DNA from: a bacterium
Lineage (GTDB): Bacteria > Armatimonadota > HRBIN16
Direction: 5' to 3'
Assembly (NCBI GenBank): GCA_025057335.1
Contig: JANWXG010000003.1
Location: forward strand, 1-35,931
Length of the DNA: 35,931 nucleotides
Part shown: positions 7,320-16,077 of the stretch, in pieces
Layout of the letters: each line of letters opens with the position of its first letter
Position numbering within the stretch: the stretch's first letter is position 1
Position numbers and translations under genes: made by a program
The notes under the pieces: generated by a model
Databases searched by the model: none
Seen by the model: the letters and a program-made list of their open reading frames with translations, nothing else
What the model was told of the DNA's origin: nothing

Positions 7320-8369
7320 ATGGAAGGAAAGCGCCCCATCCGCGTGTTGATTATCGATGATTCGGTCGTGATTCGGCAGTTGCTCAAGGACATCCTGACA
7401 CGAGACGGCGGAATAGAGGTCGTGGGCACCGCAAGCGACCCTGTCGAGGGCTACGATAAACTGGTTCAACTCCAACCCGACGTGTTGACCCTGGACGTGG
7501 AGATGCCCCGTATGGACGGCATCACCTTCCTCGAGAAGCTGATGCGCTCGCACCCGATGCCAGTGGTGATGATTTCCACGCTCACTCGCGAAGGTAGCGA
7601 GGTAACCCTGAAGGCATTAGAGCTCGGCGCGGTAGACTTTATCGCGAAACCCACTCAGAGCATCTTCACCGGGATGGCAGCATTAGCGCACGAGATAACC
7701 ACCAAGGTCAAGGCAGCCGCGCGAGCGCGCGTCCGTCCCAAGCAGGCGCACGTTGCCCCTGTAGAGATGCCCCAGGTAGCCCTCCAGCGCGCCACAGCAA
7801 CAGGACGGTTGATTGCCATCGGCGCCTCCACAGGCGGTCCCGAGGCGATTCGGCAGGTGTTGCAGGGGCTACCAGCACAGGTTCCCCCCATCGTCATCGT
7901 GCAGCACATGCCTCCTGTGTTCACCCGTTCTTTCGCTGAGCGGCTAGACCGACTCTGTACCGTGCGGGTTAAGGAAGCGGAAGACGGCGACACGCTTCAG
8001 CCTGGGCACGCTTACATCGCTCCCGGCGATTACCATCTGCAGGTGTCTCGCAACGGCTCGCAATATCGCGCGCGAGTGGTGCAGACGGAACCCGTGAACC
8101 GCCACCGTCCCTCGGTGGATGCCCTGTTCGACTCCGTCGTAGAGGCGAGCGGCGCGGCAACAGTGGCGGTGTTGCTCACCGGGATGGGCGCGGATGGCGC
8201 ACGGGGCATGAAAAAGTTGCGCGACGCTGGCGCACGCACGATTGCTCAGGATGAGGAGACCTGCGTGGTGTTCGGGATGCCACGCGAAGCCATCCAGCTC
8301 GGCGGGGCGGAGTTTGTGCTGCCCCTGCCCCAGATTGCGCACAAGGTAGTCGAACTGGTTGCTAGCTAA
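7320..8369 (+). CDS. cheB: Chemotaxis response regulator protein-glutamate methylesterase CheB
   Basis: Receiver domain (IRVLIIDDSVVIRQLL...LDVEMPRMDG) plus a methylesterase domain (IAIGASTGGP, VQHMP, LLTGMGADG). ATG at 7320 follows GGGAGGA. The track start at 7218 is an upstream extension. Confidence 0.92.
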   Translation: MEGKRPIRVLIIDDSVVIRQLLKDILTRDGGIEVVGTASDPVEGYDKLVQLQPDVLTLDVEMPRMDGITFLEKLMRSHPMPVVMISTLTREGSEVTLKALELGAVDFIAKPTQSIFTGMAALAHEITTKVKAAARARVRPKQAHVAPVEMPQVALQRATATGRLIAIGASTGGPEAIRQVLQGLPAQVPPIVIVQHMPPVFTRSFAERLDRLCTVRVKEAEDGDTLQPGHAYIAPGDYHLQVSRNGSQYRARVVQTEPVNRHRPSVDALFDSVVEASGAATVAVLLTGMGADGARGMKKLRDAGARTIAQDEETCVVFGMPREAIQLGGAEFVLPLPQIAHKVVELVAS

Positions 8370-8411
8370 GGGGTCTTCAGCACGGGCAGTTGCCCGAGTG
8401 GACATCCCGCA

Positions 8412-9392
8412 TCAGAATTGGTGCAACACGTCGGCGGGTATCTCGATGCTGTCCAGCCGCGCCCCGATTTTGGTAACCACCTGAGCTGCTGTGTATGCTG
8501 CCAGTCTACCAGATACCTCTAGCGGCAGCCCTGTGCACAGACCATATAGCAACCCTGCTGCAAACATGTCGCCGGCGCCTGTCGCGTCAACGGCTCTCAC
8601 CCGAAACGCTGGCACCTCATACACCGTCTTCCGGTGCCGAATCAGCGCGCCTCGGCTGTCCATCGTCACCACGGCGATGTCGCAGTAATCCGCGAGCACT
8701 TGTGCCGCACGGTGTGGGTCGTTAGTATCTGTGAGCTCCTGCGCTTCGGCAGCGTTGCCAATCAACACGTCTACATGCTGCTCCAGTAACCGCTGAAAAT
8801 CCGTCTTGTGACGACGCACGCAGAAAAGGTCGGAGAGACTAAACGCCACACGCACCCCTGCCCGATTGGCTTCTTGCATCGCATGCAGCACTGCCATCTT
8901 CTGAGACTCAGTGTCCCACAAGTAGCCAGTGATGTACAGGTAGCGGCTCTGGCGCAGGTCGTCTACGTTGACCTCCTCAGGGCGCAGCTGCTGACTGGCT
9001 CCTAGATGGGTACACATGGTGCGCTGCGCGTCAGGGGTGAGCAAAATGCAGGAAATCCCCGTACTCCCCTCACCTAACGCAAGGTTGGGCTTGACCCCTT
9101 TCTTGTGGAGACTACGCCGATAGAGCTCACCGTTTTCGTCGTCTCCCACTTTGCTTGTGTAACACGCTTTCCCTCCAAGCAACGCCACACCAATCATCGT
9201 GTTGGCGCCCGAACCGCCTGCCTCGGAGTGTATCATGTGGTCAGCGAGACGCTCTGCCAGGAGAGACTTCTGCGCCTCGTCGATGAGGAACATACCGCCT
9301 TTCTGCAGACCCAGCTCCGCGATGAACGAATCTTCCACCCGCGCCTGGATATCCACGAGCGCGTTGCACATCCCAAAGACGTCGAAGCCCAT
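8412..9392 (-). CDS. PfkB-family carbohydrate/nucleoside kinase (adenosine-kinase-like)
   Basis: N-terminal GMCNALVD and C-terminal DATGAGDMFAAG motifs of the ribokinase/PfkB family. ATG at 9392 has a GAGGG Shine-Dalgarno 5 nt upstream. The track start is 9407. Confidence 0.8.
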   Translation of the reverse strand: MGFDVFGMCNALVDIQARVEDSFIAELGLQKGGMFLIDEAQKSLLAERLADHMIHSEAGGSGANTMIGVALLGGKACYTSKVGDDENGELYRRSLHKKGVKPNLALGEGSTGISCILLTPDAQRTMCTHLGASQQLRPEEVNVDDLRQSRYLYITGYLWDTESQKMAVLHAMQEANRAGVRVAFSLSDLFCVRRHKTDFQRLLEQHVDVLIGNAAEAQELTDTNDPHRAAQVLADYCDIAVVTMDSRGALIRHRKTVYEVPAFRVRAVDATGAGDMFAAGLLYGLCTGLPLEVSGRLAAYTAAQVVTKIGARLDSIEIPADVLHQF

Positions 9393-9503
9393 CCTTTCCC
9401 TCATCACAGACTATCGTATCTTGACACAAAGCGAGTTAGAGTCTTCTCCTATTCAGACCTCGTTCCCTGCTCGAGCGTGCAGCAGCTGACGCTCCTCTGC
9501 TGC

Positions 9504-9532
9504 TTGACATTGAGGTACTGCTAGTGTATAAT
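9504..9532 (+). promoter_or_regulatory. Consensus sigma-70 promoter (TTGACA-17 nt-TATAAT) upstream of tRNA-Arg
   Basis: Exact TTGACA at 9504-9509, a 17-nt spacer, and exact TATAAT at 9527-9532. Confidence 0.65.
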
Positions 9533-9629
9533 ACCAACTGCCGAAGCGGAGTAGGCGAGTGACAATGCCGAGCACCCGCCTCATAGAGGGCAGCATATCC
9601 TAGCCACCTTGGCGCCAGAGACGCAACTC

Positions 9630-9703
<74 letters not shown>

Positions 9704-9711
9704 CTCATAGT

Positions 9712-10509
9712 TTAACCTCGTCGAAACACCACTGAGAGCAGGAACACTGCCGCCGCGGTAAGCACAATCGCCGCCCCCGAAGCTGCACCGAACCAGTAAG
9801 AGGCATACAGCCCCACAACGCTGCTGAGCCCACCTATAGCGCAGGCTGCCGCCGCCATACCTCGGAAACTGCATGTGAGGTTGCGTGCCGCCGCCGCGGG
9901 CAGCAATAGCATCGCCGTGACCAGCACGATGCCAATCAGCTTGAGCGACAGGGTGACCATCACCGCCAGCAACACGAGAAAGAGCGTGTCTACCCGTGCA
10001 GCGGAGGTGCCCATTGCCATCGCCATCTCCCGATGCACCGAGACGCGCAGCAGGGCGTTCCACAATGCCAGCACCGCCAGTACACTGCCCAAGCACACCC
10101 CCGTGAGCAGCCACACGTCTTCCCACGCCAGCGCGAGGATATCGCCAAACAGGAACTGGAACAGCCCCGGTTGATATCCCTGCAACATGCCCAACAGCAG
10201 AATACCCGCCCCTGCACACAGCGCCAGATACACGCCAATGACAGTGTCTGTGGGGATTTCGGTGCGGTGGAGAGTAAACACGATCGCCAATGTGACCAAT
10301 ACCGCGAAGCCCATCACTGTCGGCATCGCAGGGGTCATCAACAAAGCGGATAACGCTAACCCGGTGAACGCGGAGTGCGCCACCGCTTCACTGAAGAACG
10401 ATAGGCGACGGGTGACCACGAATACCCCAATCAATGGCAGGCTGACCCCCAGCAACGCCGCAGCGAGAAGCGCGCGCTGGAAAAACGGATATTCCAGAAT
10501 GTCTATCAT
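9712..10509 (-). CDS. znuB: Metal (Zn/Mn) ABC transporter permease, ZnuB/MntB family
   Basis: Polytopic membrane protein with the typical family start (MIDILEYPFFQRALLAA...). The ATG overlaps the znuC stop (ATGA). The track start at 10626 is an out-of-context extension. Confidence 0.85.
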   Translation of the reverse strand: MIDILEYPFFQRALLAAALLGVSLPLIGVFVVTRRLSFFSEAVAHSAFTGLALSALLMTPAMPTVMGFAVLVTLAIVFTLHRTEIPTDTVIGVYLALCAGAGILLLGMLQGYQPGLFQFLFGDILALAWEDVWLLTGVCLGSVLAVLALWNALLRVSVHREMAMAMGTSAARVDTLFLVLLAVMVTLSLKLIGIVLVTAMLLLPAAAARNLTCSFRGMAAAACAIGGLSSVVGLYASYWFGAASGAAIVLTAAAVFLLSVVFRRG

Positions 10510-11234
10510 GTCCCATGCTCCCGATGAGTATACAGGGTCATTTCCTGTCCATACACGAGGCGAATCATCTCGGCGTTGAGCGCCTCTGCAGGCGGACCGA
10601 AGCAAAGCAAACGGCGGTTCAGGCATAACACCTGCGAGGCGTAGCGAGTGACCACGCTCAAGTCATGGGAGACCAGAACCACCGTCAGGTGATGCTGCTC
10701 GCGCAGGCGCTCGATGATATCGTAGAAGCGGCTCTCCCCCTCGATATCCACTCCCGTAGCGGGCTCGTCGAGAAAGAGAATTTCGGGCTGGCGCAGCAGG
10801 TTGAGTGCAATCACCACGCGCTGCAACTGCCCACCTGACAGTTTGCCGATAGGATGGTGGAGCATCTGATGGATGCCTACCTCGTGCAAAGCAGCCTCTA
10901 TGCTAGCTGGCGACGCGCTGGGCACGTAAGCACGCAACATCTCGCGTACTGTCAGCGGCAGATAACGGTCGTAGTCAAGACGCTGGGGCACATACCCCAC
11001 CCGCTTGCGCCATTCGCCCAGCTGGGCAACGGGCACGCCAAACAGCGTGATGCTGCCTGAAGCCAGAGGCACCAGCCCCAGCATGGCTCGCAGCAGCGTC
11101 GTCTTCCCTGCACCGTTCGGGCCAATAATCGCCACCGTACTGCCTCGCTCCACTTGTAGGGTCACGCCCTCGATAACGCGCACCCCACCCAACTCCACGC
11201 TCGCGTCCTGAACCTCTACGATGAACTCTCCCAT
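10506..11234 (-). CDS. znuC: Metal ABC transporter ATP-binding protein, ZnuC family
   Basis: Walker A GPNGAGKTT, signature LSGGQLQR, Walker B ILFLDEP. Confidence 0.9.
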   Translation of the reverse strand: MGEFIVEVQDASVELGGVRVIEGVTLQVERGSTVAIIGPNGAGKTTLLRAMLGLVPLASGSITLFGVPVAQLGEWRKRVGYVPQRLDYDRYLPLTVREMLRAYVPSASPASIEAALHEVGIHQMLHHPIGKLSGGQLQRVVIALNLLRQPEILFLDEPATGVDIEGESRFYDIIERLREQHHLTVVLVSHDLSVVTRYASQVLCLNRRLLCFGPPAEALNAEMIRLVYGQEMTLYTHREHGT

Positions 11235-12041
11235 CTATGCCTCCTTCACCCCCGAGGCGAGCCACACGTAACCCGCTACGCTCCGCAGAGATTGCACAGG
11301 CAGATGCCTGCTCAGCAGCTCATGAAACTCCTGGCGCGTGAACCGGTAATAAGGGATTCCTCCCCGGTGCATCCCTTGCTTGTCCCCAACCCGGCTAACC
11401 CACCAGGACCAGTGATATCCTGAAATGGCATATCGCCCCCCCGTTTTCAGCACGCGCGCTAGCTCCGAGACCATCTGCTGGCGTAGTCGGTCACTGGGAA
11501 GATGCTCTACCAGCTGGCAACTGGCGACGGCGTCTAGCGCTTCGCTTGCCAGCGGCAGGAAGCAGGCATCGGCGTGCACCAGTAGGGTTCTCTCCCAGAA
11601 GCCTGCTCGCTGCATCCGCACGCGGCAACGCCGCAGGCTCTCCAGCGAGAAGTCCACTCCGACGACGTAGTCTGCCAGCACTGCGAGGTGCTGTAGCATC
11701 CTACCTGTGCCACATCCCACCTCCGCCAGTAAGGTGAACCTGCCCGCCTCGCCACGCAGCGCCCGCAGAGTCAACCGAGATTCTATCGGCGATAAGAGCC
11801 GCAGTGCGATTAAACGGTCATATCGCCGCGCCTGCGCGTCGCGCGCTCGCATCTCGCGCTGTTTGCGCTGCCACTCCTCTTCCTCGTGCTGCTCTGCCAA
11901 TTCGGGCGATACGAAGCTAGGGATGCCATCCCGTAGGGGGAAACGACGTTGACACACCACGCATCGTAGGGCTGTGTCCTCTGCTTCCAGCTCTGCACGG
12001 TCCAGGGGACAACGTAAAATCTCTTGCTGCCATTCGCGCAT
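11235..12041 (-). CDS. Class I SAM-dependent methyltransferase with an N-terminal Trm112-like zinc-ribbon-type segment
   Basis: N-terminus CPLDRAELEAEDTALRCVVCQRRFPLRDGIPSF is Trm112/UPF0434-like, with the first CxxC degenerated to CPLD. SAM motif I is EVGCGTGRM. The stop abuts the znuC start. Confidence 0.8.
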   Translation of the reverse strand: MREWQQEILRCPLDRAELEAEDTALRCVVCQRRFPLRDGIPSFVSPELAEQHEEEEWQRKQREMRARDAQARRYDRLIALRLLSPIESRLTLRALRGEAGRFTLLAEVGCGTGRMLQHLAVLADYVVGVDFSLESLRRCRVRMQRAGFWERTLLVHADACFLPLASEALDAVASCQLVEHLPSDRLRQQMVSELARVLKTGGRYAISGYHWSWWVSRVGDKQGMHRGGIPYYRFTRQEFHELLSRHLPVQSLRSVAGYVWLASGVKEA

Positions 12042-12081
12042 TGTCTCCTGCTCCCCTTTCAGCGCACGTGGATTACTGCGC

Positions 12082-13086
12082 CTATCGCATTGCCGCGTCT
12101 AGCACCTCAATGTTTTTTCGCATCCTTTGCTGGTAGCTGGCGCTGCTCTCGCTGAAGACGCGCTCTAGTGGGTCCAGCAGGAACACGGGCACGCCTAGGT
12201 CGGCAGCTACCACGTCTACCAGTCTGGAGGAGGCGGGCGGTGCAGCGAAAATGACCCGTACCTGCTCGCGACGTGCTGTGTCAATCAGCCGGCGCAGCCA
12301 GCGAGCAGACGGCTCTACTCCCGGCAGGGGCTCAAACACTGCTACCTGTTCTAGCCCAGCCTCCTCTGCGAGGTAGCGATAGGCGCCGTGTGTGGCGATG
12401 AATTTGCGCTGCTTCCATCCCCGCGAGCGCGCACGCAACTCCGCCTGCAACGCACGCAGCTCCTGCACCACTTCGCGCGCGTTCCGCTCATACTCCTTGC
12501 GATGCGTGGGGTCTAGCTCGCCGAGCGCCTGTGCCACGTTCCGTACCATATGCTCCGCGTTTCGCAGAGAGAGCCATACGTGTGGGTCTACCCCCGTCTC
12601 GCCTTCCTCATGTTCGTGGTGGTGATGCTCGTGATGGCTGTGCTCATGGTGATGCTCGTGTGCGTGCTGGTGATGGGTGTCTGCGGGCAGCGTGTCACAG
12701 CCCTCCGAAATCTGGAAGATGCGCGGCTGCCCTTGCCCGAGCGCCCGCAATAGAGGAGGCAAAAAGGGTTCTGCCTCCAATCCTAGGGCGAACACGGCGT
12801 CTGCCTCTTGCAGCATCTTCATCTGCTGGACGGTAGGGGCAAAAGCGTGCAGGTCACTGTCGGGGGGCAATAGTATTCGCACCTGCACGTGCTCACCGCC
12901 CACCTGCCTGACGAAGTCAGCGACGGGGAAGAAGGTAGCCACCACCTGCAGCGGAGCTGAAGCCGAGGCGTCTGACGCGAGCCTTTGTTGCGGTTGACAT
13001 CCCCCAACGAGCAGCAGTGCCCATACCAGAAGCAGCGTGTGCCAGGTGTGGGCAATGATTTTTGTAATGTAAGGTGCATTAACCAT
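12082..13086 (-). CDS. znuA: Zinc ABC transporter substrate-binding protein ZnuA with a His-rich loop
   Basis: Signal/lipoprotein-like N-terminus (LLVGGC), cluster-9 SBP layout, and the long HHQHAHEHHHEHSHHEHHHHEHEE loop characteristic of ZnuA. Confidence 0.85.
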   Translation of the reverse strand: MVNAPYITKIIAHTWHTLLLVWALLLVGGCQPQQRLASDASASAPLQVVATFFPVADFVRQVGGEHVQVRILLPPDSDLHAFAPTVQQMKMLQEADAVFALGLEAEPFLPPLLRALGQGQPRIFQISEGCDTLPADTHHQHAHEHHHEHSHHEHHHHEHEEGETGVDPHVWLSLRNAEHMVRNVAQALGELDPTHRKEYERNAREVVQELRALQAELRARSRGWKQRKFIATHGAYRYLAEEAGLEQVAVFEPLPGVEPSARWLRRLIDTARREQVRVIFAAPPASSRLVDVVAADLGVPVFLLDPLERVFSESSASYQQRMRKNIEVLDAAMR

Positions 13087-13157
13087 ACTTTTGCTGTTTT
13101 TTCAAGCGCTTCATCCCACTACTTGTAATTATACGGAAGATTCCTTATGGTTGCCAT

Positions 13158-13165
13158 CCCGATAA
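13158..13165 (+). promoter_or_regulatory. Possible sigma-28 (FliA) -10 element upstream of the flagellin gene
   Basis: CCCGATAA matches the GCCGATAA sigma-28 -10 consensus at 7 of 8 positions. No convincing TAAA -35 element at the expected 15-nt spacing. Confidence 0.3.
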
Positions 13166-13295
13166 CGGGGATGGAGGAGAACGAAACGCACGCGCCAAAC
13201 AAACCATCCTTTGCCCGCGCCGTCTTCCACCTCGCGTGCGTTTCACCAAGGAGCAGGAAGCTCGAACACGTGACATCAAGGAGGAATGACTGACG

Positions 13296-14771
13296 ATGAG
13301 TCTGCGTATCAACACCAATATCACCGCGATGAACGCGATGCGCTCGTTGACCAACACCAGCGAGGCGTTCGCGCGTTCGATTGAGCGGTTGTCTTCGGGT
13401 TTGCGCATCAATCGTGGCGCTGACGACCCCGCAGGCCTGATTATCTCCGAGAACCTGCGCGCCCAGATTGCGGGTATGTCGCAAGCCATCAGCAACGCCC
13501 AGGATGCAGCGAACTTGCTCAAGACCGCCGAAGGTGGTCTGGATGAGATACACAACCTGCTGCGCACCATGCGCCAGCTGGCAGTCGCCGCCAGCAACAC
13601 GGGCGTGAACGACCAAACCGCTCTGCAGGCGAACCAGGCGCAGATTCGCTCCGCTCTGGAGAGTCTGAACCGTATCGCCGAGCAGACACAGTTCGGAACC
13701 AAGAAGCTGCTGGACGGCACCGCAGGCATCACCGCCCAGGTGACCGATACCTCCCGACTAGCGGGCATCTTCATCGGTAGCACCTTCAACGGGCAGATTG
13801 TGCAGAGCGGCACCGTGCAAGCCAGCCTGGTGACCAGCGCCACCCGTGCGCAAGTGGTTGGACAGGTGATCTACTCCAGCGTGGATAGCCGAATCGCCTC
13901 GGGCTCGTTCGCTTCTCAGTCGGGAGGCACCATCGTCATCAACGGTCAGTCCATCACCGTTTCGGGTGAGGACACAGTTCAGACGCTGCTCGACCGCATC
14001 AACGCGCTGACCAGTGTCACGGGCGTGTCGGCGCTGGTGCAATCCGCGACGGGCGGCGTGCAGGTGGTCTTGCGTCAGGTGAACTACGGCGCCAACTTCA
14101 GCGTGCAGGTCAACCAGAGCGCGAACGTGCTCTTCACCACATACAACGCGAGCTCCAGCACGGGCGTGGACGCTGTCGTGTCGGTGACTGTCTCCACGAC
14201 AGTGGGCATGACTTCCGCCCTGTTCACGGGCGGTCGTGCTGCGGGCGAGAGTGGCTTGAAGGTGAAGGACGCCTACGGCAACACCCTGCTGTTGACCGAA
14301 TACGGCAACGTGGCGATGCCCTCTGGCACGGCGGTGGCTACTGTCTCTGCGCAGAGCCTCGTGTTCCAGATTGGCGCCAACTCGGGGCAGACCGCACGCG
14401 CCGCGCTCGCCGACGTGCGCGCCACCCAGCTGGGCAGGACCGTGGTCGCTGGCAAGTCGCTACAGGACATCGACGTAACCACGCTGCAAGGCGCGCAGGA
14501 CGCGATTAAGATTATCGACGAGGCCATTTCGCAAATTAGCCAGCTGCGCGGGAACATCGGCGCCTTCCAGAAACAGGTTCTGGAGAGCACGATGCGCTCG
14601 CTCAGCATCGCCCGCGAGAACCTGTCCGCTTCGGAGAGCGCCATCCGTGACACCAACGTAGCCGACGAGATTATGAACTACACCAAGCTGCAAATCCTGC
14701 AGCAGGCGGGTATGTCAGTATTGGCGCAAGCCAATATGGCACCGCAGATGGTGCTATCGCTCCTCCGCTAA
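13296..14771 (+). CDS. fliC: Flagellin (491 aa, large central variable domain)
   Basis: Conserved N-terminus (MSLRINTNITAMNAMRSL...LSSGLRINRGADDPAG) and C-terminus (IRDTNVADEIMNYTKLQILQQAGMSVLAQANM.PQMVLSLLR). Confidence 0.93.
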   Translation: MSLRINTNITAMNAMRSLTNTSEAFARSIERLSSGLRINRGADDPAGLIISENLRAQIAGMSQAISNAQDAANLLKTAEGGLDEIHNLLRTMRQLAVAASNTGVNDQTALQANQAQIRSALESLNRIAEQTQFGTKKLLDGTAGITAQVTDTSRLAGIFIGSTFNGQIVQSGTVQASLVTSATRAQVVGQVIYSSVDSRIASGSFASQSGGTIVINGQSITVSGEDTVQTLLDRINALTSVTGVSALVQSATGGVQVVLRQVNYGANFSVQVNQSANVLFTTYNASSSTGVDAVVSVTVSTTVGMTSALFTGGRAAGESGLKVKDAYGNTLLLTEYGNVAMPSGTAVATVSAQSLVFQIGANSGQTARAALADVRATQLGRTVVAGKSLQDIDVTTLQGAQDAIKIIDEAISQISQLRGNIGAFQKQVLESTMRSLSIARENLSASESAIRDTNVADEIMNYTKLQILQQAGMSVLAQANMAPQMVLSLLR

Positions 14772-14793
14772 GGCGAAAGGCGAGGTCCATCGC

Positions 14794-14829
14794 GGGGGCG
14801 GGTTTCACCCCGCCCCCGTTTTCGTTTGC
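14794..14829 (+). terminator. Rho-independent terminator of the flagellin gene
   Basis: CGGGGGCGGG-TTTCAC-CCCGCCCCCG (10-bp GC stem) followed by TTTTCGTTT. Confidence 0.75.
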
Positions 14830-14841
14830 GCTAGCGACATG

Positions 14842-14968
14842 CTCCGTCGCGTCCACACAGTCGCCGTTTGGAGGGACGCGCTCCGTCGCGTCCGCACGGT
14901 CACCATTTGGAGGGATGCGCTCCGTCGCATCCATTGCAGGAGGTCACGACGGAGCGTGACCCTCCAGA
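14842..14968. repeat. Family-C 39-bp tandem repeat (about 2.3 units plus an inverted terminal copy)
   Basis: Units at 14842-14880 and 14881-14919 (GCTCCGTCGCGTCCRCACRGTCRCCRTTTGGAGGGAYGC). The third unit (from 14920) carries GCTCCGTCG and its inverted copy CGACGGAGC (14949-14957). Unit junctions form GGAYGCG..CGCRTCC hairpins. Confidence 0.8.
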
Positions 14969-15052
14969 AGATACACAGTGGGCAGAGCAGTCACACGCAC
15001 CTTCGCCTGCGCCTTCAGTAGTCGCTTCGCTGAGCCTTGCGCTGCGAGCCGA

Positions 15053-16066
15053 TTACACCTGCGTCCAGTCGAACACCACACCCATCGCGGCGGAACGGTC
15101 GTAGCGCAACATGTGGTATACCTGCGGCGCGTCGTAGGGGCTGACGCGGTGGGTAATCAGGTCTTTCACGCGCATATCGCCCCGCGCGAGGTAGGTGAAG
15201 AAGAGCTGGTACATCTTCGATTGCGTCCAGATAGCATGGTCCGTACTCACCTCCGGCGGGTTACTAGCGTGCGTGCCAATAATGCGCAGCCCTTTCGTAA
15301 CCACGTCACCCGTGAGGAACTGTTGCGAGGGCTCTCCCGTATCGCCGAGCAGAACCAGCTTCCCGAACCGCCTCAACATGGTCAACGCCGTAGCAAACAC
15401 GGAGGCAATGCCTGTGATGTCGTATACGACCTCCGCCCCTTTGCCCTCGGTCAGCTGGAGCACCTCTTCGCGTGCCTCTTGCGCCGTTTTAGCGATAACG
15501 GTGGTGGCACCGTGTTCCCGCGCCATCTGGAGGCGCGGTTCGGCAGGGTCTATCACGATAATCTGCCCGGCGCCCTGCAGGCGCAGATACTGCACCGTGA
15601 GCTGTCCCAACAGCCCCGCACCGATGACCACCACGTTATCGCCCATCTGGTGCTGCGCCATGCGCACGGCGTTCTGGGCTATCATCGCCAGAGCGAACCA
15701 TGCCGCCTCCTCGTCACTCACCTCCTCATGCTGCACTAAGGTCGCATCCTTCGCGTCCACCACATGCCACTGCCGATGTGAACGCTGGAATACCACGCGG
15801 TCGCCCGGCTTGAACTGGTCGACGCCCTCGCCCACCTGTTCCACGATGCCCATCGTGCTGTATCCCGCAGGGAAGGGATAGCGCACCCAGCGGTCCCAGT
15901 GCGTGCCTTCCTCGAACAACCTGCCCAGGCAGATACACTCCGTGCCGGTGCTGATGAGGCTCTTACTGGAGCGCACCAACAGTTGCCCTGCTTTCAGGGG
16001 AGGCACACTCTCCTTGAGGAGCTCCACCTTGTCTTTACCTGTGAAGTAGATGCAAAGCGATTCCAT
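15053..16066 (-). CDS. Medium-chain (zinc-type) alcohol/polyol dehydrogenase family oxidoreductase
   Basis: GroES-like N-terminal domain (GYSTMGIVEQVGEGVDQFKPGDRV) and a Rossmann motif (VVVIGAGLLGQL). ATG at 16066 is 6 nt after GGGAGG. The alternative ATG at 16072 has no spacer. Lies directly downstream of galK. Confidence 0.8.
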   Translation of the reverse strand: MESLCIYFTGKDKVELLKESVPPLKAGQLLVRSSKSLISTGTECICLGRLFEEGTHWDRWVRYPFPAGYSTMGIVEQVGEGVDQFKPGDRVVFQRSHRQWHVVDAKDATLVQHEEVSDEEAAWFALAMIAQNAVRMAQHQMGDNVVVIGAGLLGQLTVQYLRLQGAGQIIVIDPAEPRLQMAREHGATTVIAKTAQEAREEVLQLTEGKGAEVVYDITGIASVFATALTMLRRFGKLVLLGDTGEPSQQFLTGDVVTKGLRIIGTHASNPPEVSTDHAIWTQSKMYQLFFTYLARGDMRVKDLITHRVSPYDAPQVYHMLRYDRSAAMGVVFDWTQV

Positions 16067-16077
16067 CTCCATCCTCC

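Noticed and set aside
6978-7553. 191-aa minus-strand ORF, and the 7218 start that extends cheB by 34 aa
   Set aside because: The minus-strand ORF is antisense to the cheB receiver domain. The cheB extension (MTKGGRRSSPSSPPYCCLTL...) is not CheB-like, and the ATG at 7320 has a proper GGGAGGA Shine-Dalgarno.
12600-12680. Apparent low-complexity CAC/CAT/GAG DNA repeat
   Set aside because: This is not a DNA-level element. It encodes the His/Glu-rich metal-binding loop typical of ZnuA.
13119-13843. ORFs 13119..13616 (-) and 13145..13843 (-)
   Set aside because: They are antisense to the highly conserved flagellin N-terminal domain and to the fliC leader. No homology-like features.
14978-15881. 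ORFs 14978..15739 (+) and 15195..15881 (+)
   Set aside because: They are antisense shadows of the MDR dehydrogenase, which has clear Rossmann and GroES-like motifs on the minus strand.
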